A stretch of DNA of 64,000 nt from an uncultured Chloroflexia bacterium (GTDB taxonomy: Bacteria > Chloroflexota > Limnocylindria > Limnocylindrales > CSP1-4). The notes under the pieces are model-generated. The model worked only from the letters and a program-made list of their open reading frames with translations, was not told the origin of the DNA and made no database searches. Both the position numbers and the translations under genes were made by a program. The stretch spans positions 2,240,001 through 2,304,000 of the forward strand of contig CAWHDR010000001.1 of NCBI GenBank assembly GCA_963828165.1, written 5' to 3'. Below are positions 11,923 through 22,390 of this stretch, piece by piece (the first letter of the stretch is position 1; each line of letters starts with the position of its first letter).

Positions 11923-11995
11923 CCCGTCTCGGGACGGGCTCACCGATTTGGCCTAGCCGCCCGTCTCGGGACGCGCTCACCGATCTGGCGTAGCC
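11698..11995. repeat. 133-bp tandem direct repeat (2 copies) plus a third partial ~36-bp copy
   Basis: GACGTTCACTGGCGGTGAAC...TAGCC starts at 11698 and 11831 with few mismatches; CCCGTCTCGGGAC.CGCTCACCGATCTGGC.TAGCC recurs at ~11960-11995. Confidence 0.9.
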
Positions 11996-12022
11996 GGCCC
12001 GGCTCGTTGTTGGTGGCACAAA

Positions 12023-12060
12023 TAGAACGGACGATCGAAACGCGCACGCAGGCCTATACT
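12023..12060 (+). promoter_or_regulatory. Possible LexA (GAAC-N4-GTTC type) box and -10 element upstream of lhr
   Basis: TAGAAC-GGAC-GATCGA at 12023-12038 (one mismatch in the core); TATACT at 12055-12060. Confidence 0.4.
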
Positions 12061-12069
12061 CTCGAGTCC

Positions 12070-15000
12070 GTGGCCACGACCCTCGTCGCCGATCCGCTCG
12101 CGCCGTTCTCGCCGGCCGTTCGCGCCTGGTTCGAGGCGAGTTTCGAGGCGCCCACCCAGGCCCAGACGGAGGGATGGGCAGCCATCGCGCGAGGCGAGCA
12201 CACGCTCATCCACGCACCCACGGGGAGCGGCAAGACACTGGCCGCCTTCCTGTACACGCTCGACCGTCTCGCCCAGCATCCGAGCCCGCCGGTCCAGAAA
12301 GGCCAGACCGGCAACGTCCGGGTTCTCTACATCTCGCCGCTCAAGGCTCTGACGTACGACGTGGAGCGCAACCTGCGGGCCCCGCTCACGGGGATCGGCC
12401 TCGCGGCGCAGCGACTCGGCGAAGCACCTCCAAGCATCTCCGTCGCCAGCCGCACCGGCGACACCCCGGCCGAAGACCGCCGCGAGATCGCCCGACGCCC
12501 GCCCGACATCCTCATCACGACCCCGGAGAGCCTGTACCTGCTCCTGACCAGCCAGGCGCGCGAGATCCTCCGTGGCGTCGAACACGTCATCGTCGACGAG
12601 ATCCACGCGATGGCCGGCACGAAACGGGGTGCCCACCTTGCCCTGAGCCTGGAACGGCTTGAGGCGCTCCGTCCCGAGGGCGCAGAGCCGCCACAGCGCA
12701 TCGGCCTGTCGGCCACCCAGCGGCCGCTGGACGCGATCGCCCGCTTCCTCGGTGGCATCGGGCCGGATCGCGAGGTCACGATCGTCGATGCAGGCGCCCG
12801 GAAGCCGCTCGACCTGCAGGTCGTCGTACCGGTCGACGACATGAGCGCCATCGGCGATGTCCTGCCGCAGGAGCAGCAGCCCGGCGGGCCGGCGATCAGT
12901 CCGGACCTGCGCACGAGCATCTGGCCGGCGATCCACCCGCGGATCCTCGAGCTGATCCGCAGCCACAAGAGCACGATCGTGTTCACGAACAGCCGGCGCC
13001 TCAGCGAGCGTCTGGCCCAGCGCCTCAACGAGCTCGCCGGGGAGGAGCTCGTGCGTGCCCACCACGGCAGCATCGCTCGTGAACAGCGGCTCGAGATCGA
13101 GGAGGAGCTGAAGGCCGGCCGCCTCCCGGCCCTCGTCGCCACGAGCTCGAGCCTCGAGCTCGGCATCGACATGGGCGCCGTCGATCTCGTCATCCAGGTC
13201 GAGAGCCCGACGAGCGTGGCCCGTGGCCTCCAGCGGGTCGGTCGGGCTGGTCACCAGGTCGGCGCGCCCAGCAAGGGCGTCATCTTCCCGAAGTACCGCG
13301 GCGACCTGCTCGAGGTCGCGGTGGTCACCAGACGGATGCACGAGGGCGCGATCGAGGCCACGAAGATCCCGCGGAATCCGCTCGATGTCCTCGCTCAGCA
13401 GCTCGTGGCGATGACCGTGATGGACCGCTGGACGGGTGAGGACCTGCTCCGCACCATCACGAGAGCGGCGCCCTACGAGACGCTCACGCGCGATGTCCTC
13501 GACGGTGTCCTTGGCATGCTCGCGGGCGCCTACCCATCGGACGAGTTCGCGGAACTCAAGCCGCGCATGGTGTGGGACCGCGTCACCGACACGATCGAGG
13601 GCCGCCGCGACGCGCGCGTCGTCGCCGTCACGAGCGGCGGCACGATCCCCGATCGCGGCCTCTTTGGCGTGTTCATGGAAGGCGAGGCCGGCACGCCCGG
13701 CCGCCGCGTGGGCGAGCTCGACGAGGAGATGGTCTACGAGCTTCGCGCCGGGATGCACGGTGACGTCATCGTGCTCGGGGCGAGCAGCTGGCGCGTCCTC
13801 GAGATCGGTCATGACCGGGTCACCGTCAGCCCGGCTCCCGGCGTCCCCGGCAAGCTGCCGTTCTGGAAGGGCGACGCCGTGGGCCGGCCGATCGAATTGG
13901 GCCGGGCGCTCGGGGCGTTCGTCGGCGAGATGGAGACCAACCTTGGGCGTGGCGCCAAGGGCCGGCGCGATGCCACCAAGCGACTGCGGGAGCATCACGA
14001 CCTCGACGAACGGGCTGCCGAGAACCTTGTCGCCTACCTGGAGGACGAGCGAGAGGCCACGGGCGCCCTCCCCACGGACAAGCGAGTGGTGGTGGAGCGG
14101 TTCCGCGACGAGCTGGGCGACTGGCGGCTGACGCTCCTGACGCCGTTCGGTGGGCGAGTCCATGCGCCGTGGTCCCTGGCCATCGAGTCCCGTCTCCAGG
14201 AACGGCTCGGGATGGAGGTCCAGACCATCTGGTCCGACGACGGGATCGCGATCCGGATGCCGGAAGGTGAGGCCAGCCTCGACGGGGTCGAGGAGCTGCT
14301 GTTCCCCGCCGCGGAGGATGTCGAGGACCTCGTGGTCGGGCAGGTCGCCAACTCCGCGCTCTTCGCGAGCCGCTTCCGGGAGAACGCGGCCCGGGCGCTC
14401 CTCCTGCCGCGGCGCCGGCCCGGTACCCGGACGCCGCTCTGGCAGCAGCGCCAGCGCGCGGCAGACCTGCTGGCCGTCGCCAGCCGTTATGGCAGCTTCC
14501 CGATCCTGGTCGAGACGTACCGCGAGTGCCTGTCCGACGTGTTCGACCTCGACGCGCTGCGCGAGATCCTCGGTGGCATCTCGAGCCGTGAGATCGCCGT
14601 GCACGGTGTCGAGACGCCGAAGGCGAGCCCGTTCGCGAGCAGCCTGCTGTTCGACTACGTGGCGGCCTACATGTACGACGGCGACACGCCATTGGCCGAG
14701 CGGCGGGCCGGCGCCCTCACCCTGGACCGCGACTTGCTGCGTGAGCTGCTCGGCCAGGAGGAGCTCCGGGAGCTGCTCGACCCCGATGCCCTCGGCGACC
14801 TCGAGCTGTCGCTGCAGGCGCTCGTCGAGGACCGGGCCGCCACGACGCTCGACCAGGTCCACGACCTGCTGCGCCGCCTGGGGGACCTGTCCGCCGACGA
14901 AGTGAGTGCCCGGACCGCGGGCGGTGCCCCCGTCGCCGTTCCGTGGCTGGCGGAGCTGGAAGCGGCCCGCCGTGCTGTCCGTGTCCGCATCGCGGGCGAC

Positions 15001-16633
15001 GAGCGCTGGATCGCGATCGAAGATGTCGCTCGCTACCGAGACGGTGTGGGCGTCACGGCGCCGGTCGGGGTGCCGGCCGCGTTCCTGGGTCCGGCGGCAG
15101 GCGCGCTCGATGGGCTGCTGGCGCGCTTTGCGCGGACCCACGGCCCGTTCCTGACCCCCGACCCGGCGCGCCGCTGGGGCTTGCCTGCCGGTATCGTCGG
15201 CGACGCCCTGGAGCGCCTCCTGGCCAACGGTTCGCTGCTCCTCGGTGAGTTTCGGCCGGGTGGAGCGGAACGGGAGTGGTGCGATCCCGGATGTCCTGCG
15301 ATTGCTGCGCCGCCGCTCCCTCGCGCGCCTGCGACGCGAGGTGGAGCCGGTCGATCCGGCCGCGCTGGGCCGCTTCCTCCCGGCGTGGCATGGCGTGGCG
15401 CCGGTCGGCGGCCCGGGCGCGGACGCATCGCCATTCCGCGGTTCCGCTGCGCTCGAGCGCCTCGCGGAGGTCGTCGATCAGCTCGCCGGCGTTGCCATCC
15501 CGGCGTCCGTGCTGGAACGCGACGTGCTGCCGGCCCGCGTGCCCGGCTACCAGCCGCGTCTGCTCGACGAGCTCGGCGCGATGGGCGAGGTCGGCTGGGT
15601 GGGGCGGGGGAGCCTCGGCCGCGACGACGGTCGGATCGCGCTGTTCCGCCCCGGTCGCGATGCTCTGCGTCCGATCACGCCGCCGGATGGCGCGGAGCGG
15701 CCGGAGAGCGAGCGCCACGATCTGATCCGCGAGCACCTCGGCCGCCGGGGCGCGAGCTTCTATCGCGAGATCCATGCCGCGGCCGGCGGCGGCTCGGACC
15801 GGGCGATGCTCGATGCGCTGTGGGACCTCGTCTGGGTCGGCGAAGTCACGAACGACACGTTCGCGCCGCTCCGGGCCCTACGCTGGAAGCGCCCCACCGG
15901 CGGCAACGGGGCGCGGCCGCGACCGGGTCGCCTGACCGCGCTCGGTCCACCCGAGGCGGCGGGACGATGGTCGCTCGTGGAACCCGCGACGGAGCTGACT
16001 GCGACGGAACGCCTCCATGCGCAGGCCCTCGCGTTACTGGAACGCTATGGCGTGCTGACCCGCGAGGCCGTCGCCAGTGAAGGAGTCGATGGCGGGTTCG
16101 CCGGCGTCTACCCCGTCCTCCGCGCGCTCGAGGACGCCGGGCGGATCCGGCGGGGCTACTTCGTCGACGGCCTCGGTGCCGCGCAGTTCGCACTGGCGGG
16201 CGCGCTCGATCGACTGCGGGCCGTCCGCGAACCGGCCGACCGTCCGGCGGAGGGGTCGGTCCACCTGCTGGCCGCTGCCGACCCGGCGAACGCGTACGGT
16301 GCGGCCCTGCCGTGGCCCCGCCGGGGCGAGGCCGACCGGCGCCCCCTCCAGCGGGCGGCCGGAGCCTACGTCGTCCTTGTGGACGGAGTCGCGGCGCTGT
16401 ACCTGGAGCGCGGTGGCTCCACGCTGCAGACCCTGGCCCCCGCCGACGATCCGGCCGTCGCCGATGCTGCGATCCGCGGCCTCGGCGCGCTCGTCGGGAC
16501 GGGCCGGGCGCGCGAGCTCGTGATCCGCAAGGTCGACGGCCTGCCCGTCGCCGACGCTCCGTTCCGCGACCAGTTGCTCGCATCGGGCTTCAGCGCCGGC
16601 TACCGCGGCCTGGTCATGCGCGGCGCCCGATAA
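12070..16633 (+). CDS. lhr: Lhr-family ATP-dependent DEAD/DEAH-box helicase (long form); frameshift near 15287
   Basis: APTGSGKT, ITTPESL, VDEIH, GLSAT, HHGS, LELGIDMG, QRVGRAGH; C-terminal portion (DVLRLLRRRSLARLR, RRGYFVDGLGAAQFA, DPANAYG) is in the next frame. Confidence 0.9.
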
Positions 16634-16649
16634 CCGCGAGCGACCTCCG

Positions 16650-17477
16650 ATGCCCGAAGGCGACACGCTCTTCCGCACCGCCGCCGGTCTGCGGCCGTAC
16701 CTCGTGGGACGGGACGTGCTGGCCGCGCGCGCCCAGGGTCCCGGCGCCATCCCGCAGGTCCAACGGATCGTCGGCAAGCGCATCGATGCGGTCGAATCGC
16801 AGGGCAAGAACCTCCTGATCCGGTTCGACGGCGGCCTGCAGATCAGGACCCACCTCCGGATGAACGGCTCATGGCACCGCTACCGACCCGGCGAGCGCTG
16901 GCGTCGGCCGCCCGGCCGCGCCCGGCTCGTGCTGGAGGTCGACGGTGCGGTCGCGGTCTGTTTCGATGCCCCGGTGATCGAGCTGTTCGAGACGCGGAGC
17001 GAGCCATTCCATCCGTCCCTCTCGCGTCTGGGACCGGACCTCCTCGCCCCCGACTTCGATGCGGCCGAGGCCCACCGCCGGCTGCGCGCGCCCGAGCGGG
17101 CCGACCTGGAGATCGGCGTCGCGCTTCTCGACCAGCGGGCGCTGGCCGGCATCGGCAACGTCTACAAGAACGAGGTCCTGTGGATCGAGCGCGTCGCGCC
17201 GTTCGCCTCCGTCGCGACGCTCGACGACGCCACGCTCGAGCGGCTCGTCGCCACCGCCCGCCGCCTGATGCGCGCGAACGTCGACGCGCGGCGCGGACCG
17301 GAGCGCGTGACGACGGCCGGTGATCGAGGCGCCCCGGGCTCGCTGTACGTCTACGGCCGCACGGGACGTCCCTGCCGCCGCTGCGGGACCGCGATCGCCG
17401 TCGCCCGTCAGGGCACCGACCTACCACGCACGACCTACTGGTGCCCGAGGTGCCAGGGACCTGGAGCCGACACATGA
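16650..17477 (+). CDS. nei: Fpg/Nei family DNA glycosylase (endonuclease VIII-like)
   Basis: MPEGDT N-terminus, GKNL, HLRMNGSW, LLDQRALAGIGNVYKNE (H2TH), C-terminal CRRC...CPRCQ zinc finger. Confidence 0.9.
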   Translation: MPEGDTLFRTAAGLRPYLVGRDVLAARAQGPGAIPQVQRIVGKRIDAVESQGKNLLIRFDGGLQIRTHLRMNGSWHRYRPGERWRRPPGRARLVLEVDGAVAVCFDAPVIELFETRSEPFHPSLSRLGPDLLAPDFDAAEAHRRLRAPERADLEIGVALLDQRALAGIGNVYKNEVLWIERVAPFASVATLDDATLERLVATARRLMRANVDARRGPERVTTAGDRGAPGSLYVYGRTGRPCRRCGTAIAVARQGTDLPRTTYWCPRCQGPGADT

Positions 17478-17767
17478 ACCAGATCGACGTCCGGTGCGAC
17501 GCGACCGCGACCGGCTGGCGCTGCGCCGTGACCATCGACGACGGCCGAGGGACGAGCACGCACGACGTCACCGTGGCCGCCGAGGACGCCACCGATCTCG
17601 CGGCAGCGGCTGACGGGGCCGACGTCGAGCGGCTGGTCTACGAGACGGTCGCCTTCCTCCTCGAGCGAGAGGCCAAGGAATCGATCCTGCGCAGCTTCGA
17701 TCTCACGGTCGTGGGCCGCTACTTCCCCGAGTTCGAAGATGAGGTCCGGAGCCGCCTCGCGCCCTGA
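17474..17767 (+). CDS. Small conserved hypothetical protein
   Basis: ATG overlapping the nei stop; FLLEREAKESILRSFDL..RYFPEFE looks like a conserved small-protein motif. Confidence 0.65.
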   Translation: MNQIDVRCDATATGWRCAVTIDDGRGTSTHDVTVAAEDATDLAAAADGADVERLVYETVAFLLEREAKESILRSFDLTVVGRYFPEFEDEVRSRLAP

Positions 17768-17776
17768 GCTCCGTCC

Positions 17777-19610
17777 TCACTCGACGGGCGTGGTGTAGGT
17801 CACGTACCCGCCGGGGACGTCGACGGTACAGGGGCTCTTCGAGGTGACGAACACCGCTGCCGGAAGCTCGACGACGGCAGTTCGCCGGATCCCCAGCGCC
17901 CGATACGCGATGTCGAAGCGGCTCAGAGGCACGGTCCTGACGATGTCGTCTGCGGCAGCGCACGGGCCAGCCCTTCCAACGACCACGATCGCCAGTTCAT
18001 CGCCCGGAGCAAGGGTCACTGGCCAACGTGCCGACGCATCTTCCGGCCTGGCGGAGAGGTACGTGACCCGCCCGTCCGACGGCTGGACCACCCAGCCCAG
18101 GCTCACGATCGAGGCGATGTACGGGTTCGGCTCGGTCGTCGACACGCCCTCGAGACCGAGGACGGTCAGCGGCAGGACGCCGGGATTGTGGATCTTCGAG
18201 GTGAGCACGAAGGGGTCCCCTGGTGACAATCGGTAGGTGACGGTCTCGGACAGGCCCAGCACGGCATAGCCAACCTCGCCGTTGTCGCCCGTGACCCACG
18301 CGCGATCCTGAGAGGCGCGCGTGGGAACGCTGTGATCGACGACGGCCGACAACGTCCATCCGACCAGGGCGACCAGCACGATCACGCCGATCCGGCGACG
18401 CCATCGGCCGCGCCATGCGTATGTGACCAGCGCCGCGACACCGATTCCGACGAGTGCGAAGGGTGCAATACCCAGACCCGGCACGGCGGCGCCGAGGCCG
18501 TCGACCGCCGGGTCGAGACGCGGCTCGCTTGCGGCGGGCAGGAGCAGGTCCATGACCCCGAGGACGGCCAGGCCCGCCAGGGCTGCGAAACTGACCAGCA
18601 CCAGCGAACGATCGGACCAGGTCGGCCACGCTGGCCACGCACGCCAGGGTTCGCTGGCTGACGTCTCGAGCGGCTGAACCTCCTCGCTCCGCGGCGCGAT
18701 CATCACCGGAGAGGTCTGGGCTGTCGCGACGGCCGTCGGACATCTCCACCGCCGTCCAGTCGCCACTTGACGCGTTCGCGGCCTCCGCGACGGGTCGCCG
18801 ACGAAGTGCCACGAACGCAAGCACCAGCATTGGAACCACGACGGCGAGCAGGCCGAGCGACCTGCCGAAGCTGTCGCTCGTCAGCCTCTGGTTCTCGAGC
18901 TCCGAGAGCCTCGGCGCCATGTCCTCGATCCCGCTCACGAAGTCGTCGAGCGCCCCGTTGCGGGCTTCTGCTGTCGCCTCAGCGAGATCGTCGTCCAGGG
19001 CCCCGGGCTGCGCGATCGGGCGCCAGTACTGTTCGGCCTGGGCGCGTTCGATCAGGTCGCCTGCCAAGGTCAGGCAGCACACGGGTTTGCCCGTGGGCGT
19101 GAGCCCGATGACGGCGACGACGTCGCGGTCGCCATTCCCGTCGCGGTCGAACTGATCAGGCCAGCCTGCGGGCGTCGACAACTGAGCCGCGCCGGGCACG
19201 GGCTGGATGACGAGGGTCGCCTCGACCCCGGTCGCCGCGAAGACCGCGGCGAGTCGCCGCTCCGTCTCCGCAATGGCACCAGGGGTGAACAGGCCCGCAG
19301 GCGCGGACACGAACGGGGTCGTGACCAAGCCCGGAACGGCCGACGGCCCGCCGACCGTGCCCGGGTCCCGCACCGAGAGCGCGTCCGTACGCAGCAGCAT
19401 CGCGAGGAGGACGACCGCCACCGCGGCGACCGCGGCCACGCCGACGGCCGCCCGCCACGCCCCGCCGAGCCACCCGGTCCACCCCCCGGAGCGAACGGGC
19501 GACTCGGCGGTGACGGACTGCAGCCGTTCCCGGAGCACCGGGCTGAGGGACGCGGGCTCGCGAGCGGCCAGGAAGCCGCGCAGCTGCTGCTCGAATCGAT
19601 CGTCGGTCAT
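17777..19610 (-). CDS. Membrane-anchored anti-sigma factor-like protein (TPM-like extracytoplasmic segment); frameshift near 18735
   Basis: Starts overlapping the ECF stop (MTDDRFEQQLRGFL), followed by a TM helix; several later TM segments continue in the 17777-18820 frame. Confidence 0.55.
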
Positions 19611-20134
19611 CGCTCGGTCTCCTCGCGGCGCTCGACCGTCGTTCGCAGGCGTCGGAGCGCGTGGTGCAGCCGGGATTTCACGGTGCCCTCGGCGATGCCG
19701 AGGCGGGCGGCGATCTGGGGCACGGTCAGGTCGGCGTAGTAGCGCAGTGCGACGACAACGGCGTGGTCCGGCTCGAGCCGAGCAAAGGCCCGCTCGAGCT
19801 CGTCGCGGGTCGCCAGCGCGATGCCGGCATCCGGCCCGGTCATCAGCGGCAGTCCGGCGTCGGTCGTGCCCAGCGACGGGATCGCGACGATGATCGGCCG
19901 GCGGCGGCGTGCCCTGAGCCGGTCGCGGCAGCCGTTGACGAGGATCCGTCCGAACCAAGCCTCGAACCGATCGCGCTCCCGTAGGCCCGCGAAGCCGCGC
20001 CACGCCACGACGGCGGCGTCGTGCACGGCATCCTCGGCCTCGATCGGATCGCCCAGGATCACGGCGGCGAGCCGGTAGTGGGTCTCGAGCCCGCGATCGA
20101 GCAAGGCGGCGAACGCGATCGCTCGGTCATCCAT
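19607..20134 (-). CDS. ECF (sigma-70 group 4) RNA polymerase sigma factor
   Basis: AEDAVHDA, FEAWFGRILVNGCRD, VVALRYYADLTVPQIAARLGIAEGTVKSRLHHA. Confidence 0.9.
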   Translation of the reverse strand: MDDRAIAFAALLDRGLETHYRLAAVILGDPIEAEDAVHDAAVVAWRGFAGLRERDRFEAWFGRILVNGCRDRLRARRRRPIIVAIPSLGTTDAGLPLMTGPDAGIALATRDELERAFARLEPDHAVVVALRYYADLTVPQIAARLGIAEGTVKSRLHHALRRLRTTVERREETER

Positions 20135-20270
20135 GGTGGCGTGCACCGTGCGGCTGGCCAGCACTCGTCTCCCTCCGACCCGTTCGGGTCCTTCGCACCG
20201 ACCTGACGACGACGGGAGGGAAAACGTTCACGGCGAATCGTACCCAGCGGCCCACGTATCATCGCGACCG

Positions 20271-20990
20271 ATGTGCGAGCACTACATCGCCCGGGCCGAC
20301 GAGCCGTTTCGCCTCGACGAGCTTTGGCCGTTCACGGAGCGCCTCGAGCGGTTCGGGATCGCCGGGTTCGGCTGGGGCGCGGCCTGGCTGGGTAGCGATG
20401 GCCGGCTCCACAGCCACCGCGACGTGCGCGCGTTCCGCGACGATCCCGACGGCGCTACGAAGGTCGGCACCGCGGAGACGACGGCGGCCCTCATCCACCT
20501 GCGCCGACCGTCGAGGCTCTCGACGCTCGACCTACCCGATACGCAGCCGTTCGACGATCCGTCCGGGCGGTACAGCTTCAGCCACAACGGCGACCTGCGC
20601 GATCACCGAGCCCTGCGCGCCACGTACCGAAAGGCTGGCCGGATCCACGGCCGGGCGGATACCGAGGTCGGCGCGCGCTGGCTCGAGGACGCGTGGCGCG
20701 ACGACGAGCCGGTCGCGCACCTGCTCACGGCACTCCACGATCGATTCGGTGGCCAGGCGAACCTCGCGGTGCTCACGGCCGATGGCACGCCGCATCACTA
20801 CGCGGGTAACTCGGAGAACCCCGTCTTCACGTTCCGCCTCGGGCGCATCGGCCTCGCGTCGACGGGGATCTATTCGCTCGATCGCTCGTTGTTCCGCTTC
20901 GTCGCACCCCGTGCGACCGAGCGTCGGCTGGTGCGACAGCGCTCGACCGTGGCGCTGGAACGTAACGGGAGCCCGGTTCAAGCGTTCTAG
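20271..20990 (+). CDS. Class II glutamine amidotransferase (Ntn hydrolase, EgtC/YafJ-like)
   Basis: N-terminal Met-Cys, GFGWG, HLRR, DTQPF, FSHNGDL, DTE. Confidence 0.75.
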   Translation: MCEHYIARADEPFRLDELWPFTERLERFGIAGFGWGAAWLGSDGRLHSHRDVRAFRDDPDGATKVGTAETTAALIHLRRPSRLSTLDLPDTQPFDDPSGRYSFSHNGDLRDHRALRATYRKAGRIHGRADTEVGARWLEDAWRDDEPVAHLLTALHDRFGGQANLAVLTADGTPHHYAGNSENPVFTFRLGRIGLASTGIYSLDRSLFRFVAPRATERRLVRQRSTVALERNGSPVQAF

Positions 20991-21055
20991 GATGCGACGG
21001 GGGTACGGCAGCCGGGTGGGCGACATCCGTGCCGAGGATCGAGGGAGCACCGCGC

Positions 21056-22390
21056 ATGACCAGCCCCGCGACCGTGGCCACCGACTCGGGCCGGCCGATT
21101 CGGGCGTTGCCGCTCACGCACCTCCTGCGCCTGTCCGTGTACTGGCTGGGGCTCATCGCCGTCGTCCAGGGCATCGGCGTCATCCTCCAGGAGCGCATCA
21201 AGGACCTCGTCCCGGACCCTACGATCCAGTACACGACCCTGGGCATCATCCAGGGCGCCGGCGTGCTCATCGCCGTCCTCGTCCAGCCGATCGCCGGGTC
21301 CCTCAGCGACTACACGATCAGCCGGTTCGGGCGGCGCAAGCCCTACATCCTCGTGGGGACCATCCTCGACGTCCTGTTTCTCATCGGGATCGCCACGTCG
21401 AACACGGTCCTGGCGGTCGGTGCGTTCGTGGTCCTGCTCCAATTCAGCGCGAACTTCGCCCAGGGCCCGTTCCAGGGGTATGTCCCCGACCTCGTTCCTC
21501 CCCTCCAGGTCGGCCTGGCGAGCGGCCTCGTGGGCCTGTTTACCGTGCTCGGCGTCGTCGTCGGCTCGGGGCTGGCATCGATCGGACTGGCGAACGGCGA
21601 TTTCGCGGGCCCGACCATCGCCTTGGGCGTGATCGAGCTCGTCACGATGCTGTCGCTGTTCTTCCGCCTCGATGAAGGGCGGGCCGCAAAGGACCGCGCG
21701 GGCCGGAGCTGGGCAGCCGTCGCCAGGGAGGCCTGGGCCCGGGACGTCTTGCAGGAGCGAAGCTTCATGTTCCTGGTCGCCTCGCGCTTCTTCATCCTCG
21801 GTGGTGGCGCGTTCCTCATCGGCCTGCTCGTGCCGTATCTCGAGCGAGCACAGGGCGTCACGGATTCGGGGGACCGCGCGAACCTCATCTTCGTGACGAC
21901 CGCCATCGTGGCGTTGTGCACGGCGATCGCGACGATCCCCGCCGCGAAGATCGCCGATCGCTTCGGCCGCAAGCGCGTGATCTACGTGGCCTGTCTCGTC
22001 GCGGGCGTGGGCATGACGCTGTGCGCCCTGGCGCCGACGGTCCCCATCTTCATCGGCGGGGCCATCCTGATGGGCGTCGGGCTCGGCAGCTTCCTGTCGG
22101 TCGACTGGGCGCTGATGACCGACATCATCCCGAAGGCGTCTGCCGGCCGGTACATGGGCATCTCCAACGTGGCCACCGCGACCAACGGCGTGATCGCCGC
22201 GTTCATCGGCGGCATCCTCATCGATGCCCTCGTCCGAGCCGGTTCTCCAGAGGCCGGTCCGCGGATCGCGTTCCTCCTGGCCCCGGTGTGGTTCGCGATC
22301 GGAGCGCTGTTGCTGCGCCCGGTCGTCGAGAGACGGCGCGAGGATGAGGATCCGCAGGGAGTCGGTCAGCCGGAACCGATCGTTTCCTGA
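21056..22390 (+). CDS. MFS transporter
   Basis: About 12 TM segments; GSLSDYTISRFGRRKPY and ADRFGRKR motif A repeats. Confidence 0.9.
   Translation: MTSPATVATDSGRPIRALPLTHLLRLSVYWLGLIAVVQGIGVILQERIKDLVPDPTIQYTTLGIIQGAGVLIAVLVQPIAGSLSDYTISRFGRRKPYILVGTILDVLFLIGIATSNTVLAVGAFVVLLQFSANFAQGPFQGYVPDLVPPLQVGLASGLVGLFTVLGVVVGSGLASIGLANGDFAGPTIALGVIELVTMLSLFFRLDEGRAAKDRAGRSWAAVAREAWARDVLQERSFMFLVASRFFILGGGAFLIGLLVPYLERAQGVTDSGDRANLIFVTTAIVALCTAIATIPAAKIADRFGRKRVIYVACLVAGVGMTLCALAPTVPIFIGGAILMGVGLGSFLSVDWALMTDIIPKASAGRYMGISNVATATNGVIAAFIGGILIDALVRAGSPEAGPRIAFLLAPVWFAIGALLLRPVVERRREDEDPQGVGQPEPIVS

Noticed and set aside
11619-11995. CRISPR array
   Set aside because: The repeats are only 17 bp and degenerate, the spacing is variable, one spacer is duplicated, and no cas genes are present. 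Reported instead as a phased palindrome array.
11977-15141. Long antisense ORFs (e.g. 1054 aa opposite lhr; also opposite cphA, NCS2 and others)
   Set aside because: Shadow ORFs caused by high GC3 codon bias; no protein motifs.
15245-16633. Separate gene for the Lhr C-terminal domain or programmed frameshift
   Set aside because: The reading frame joins seamlessly (EWCDP/DVLRLLRR) on removing one base, with no slippery heptamer; consistent with the other indels.
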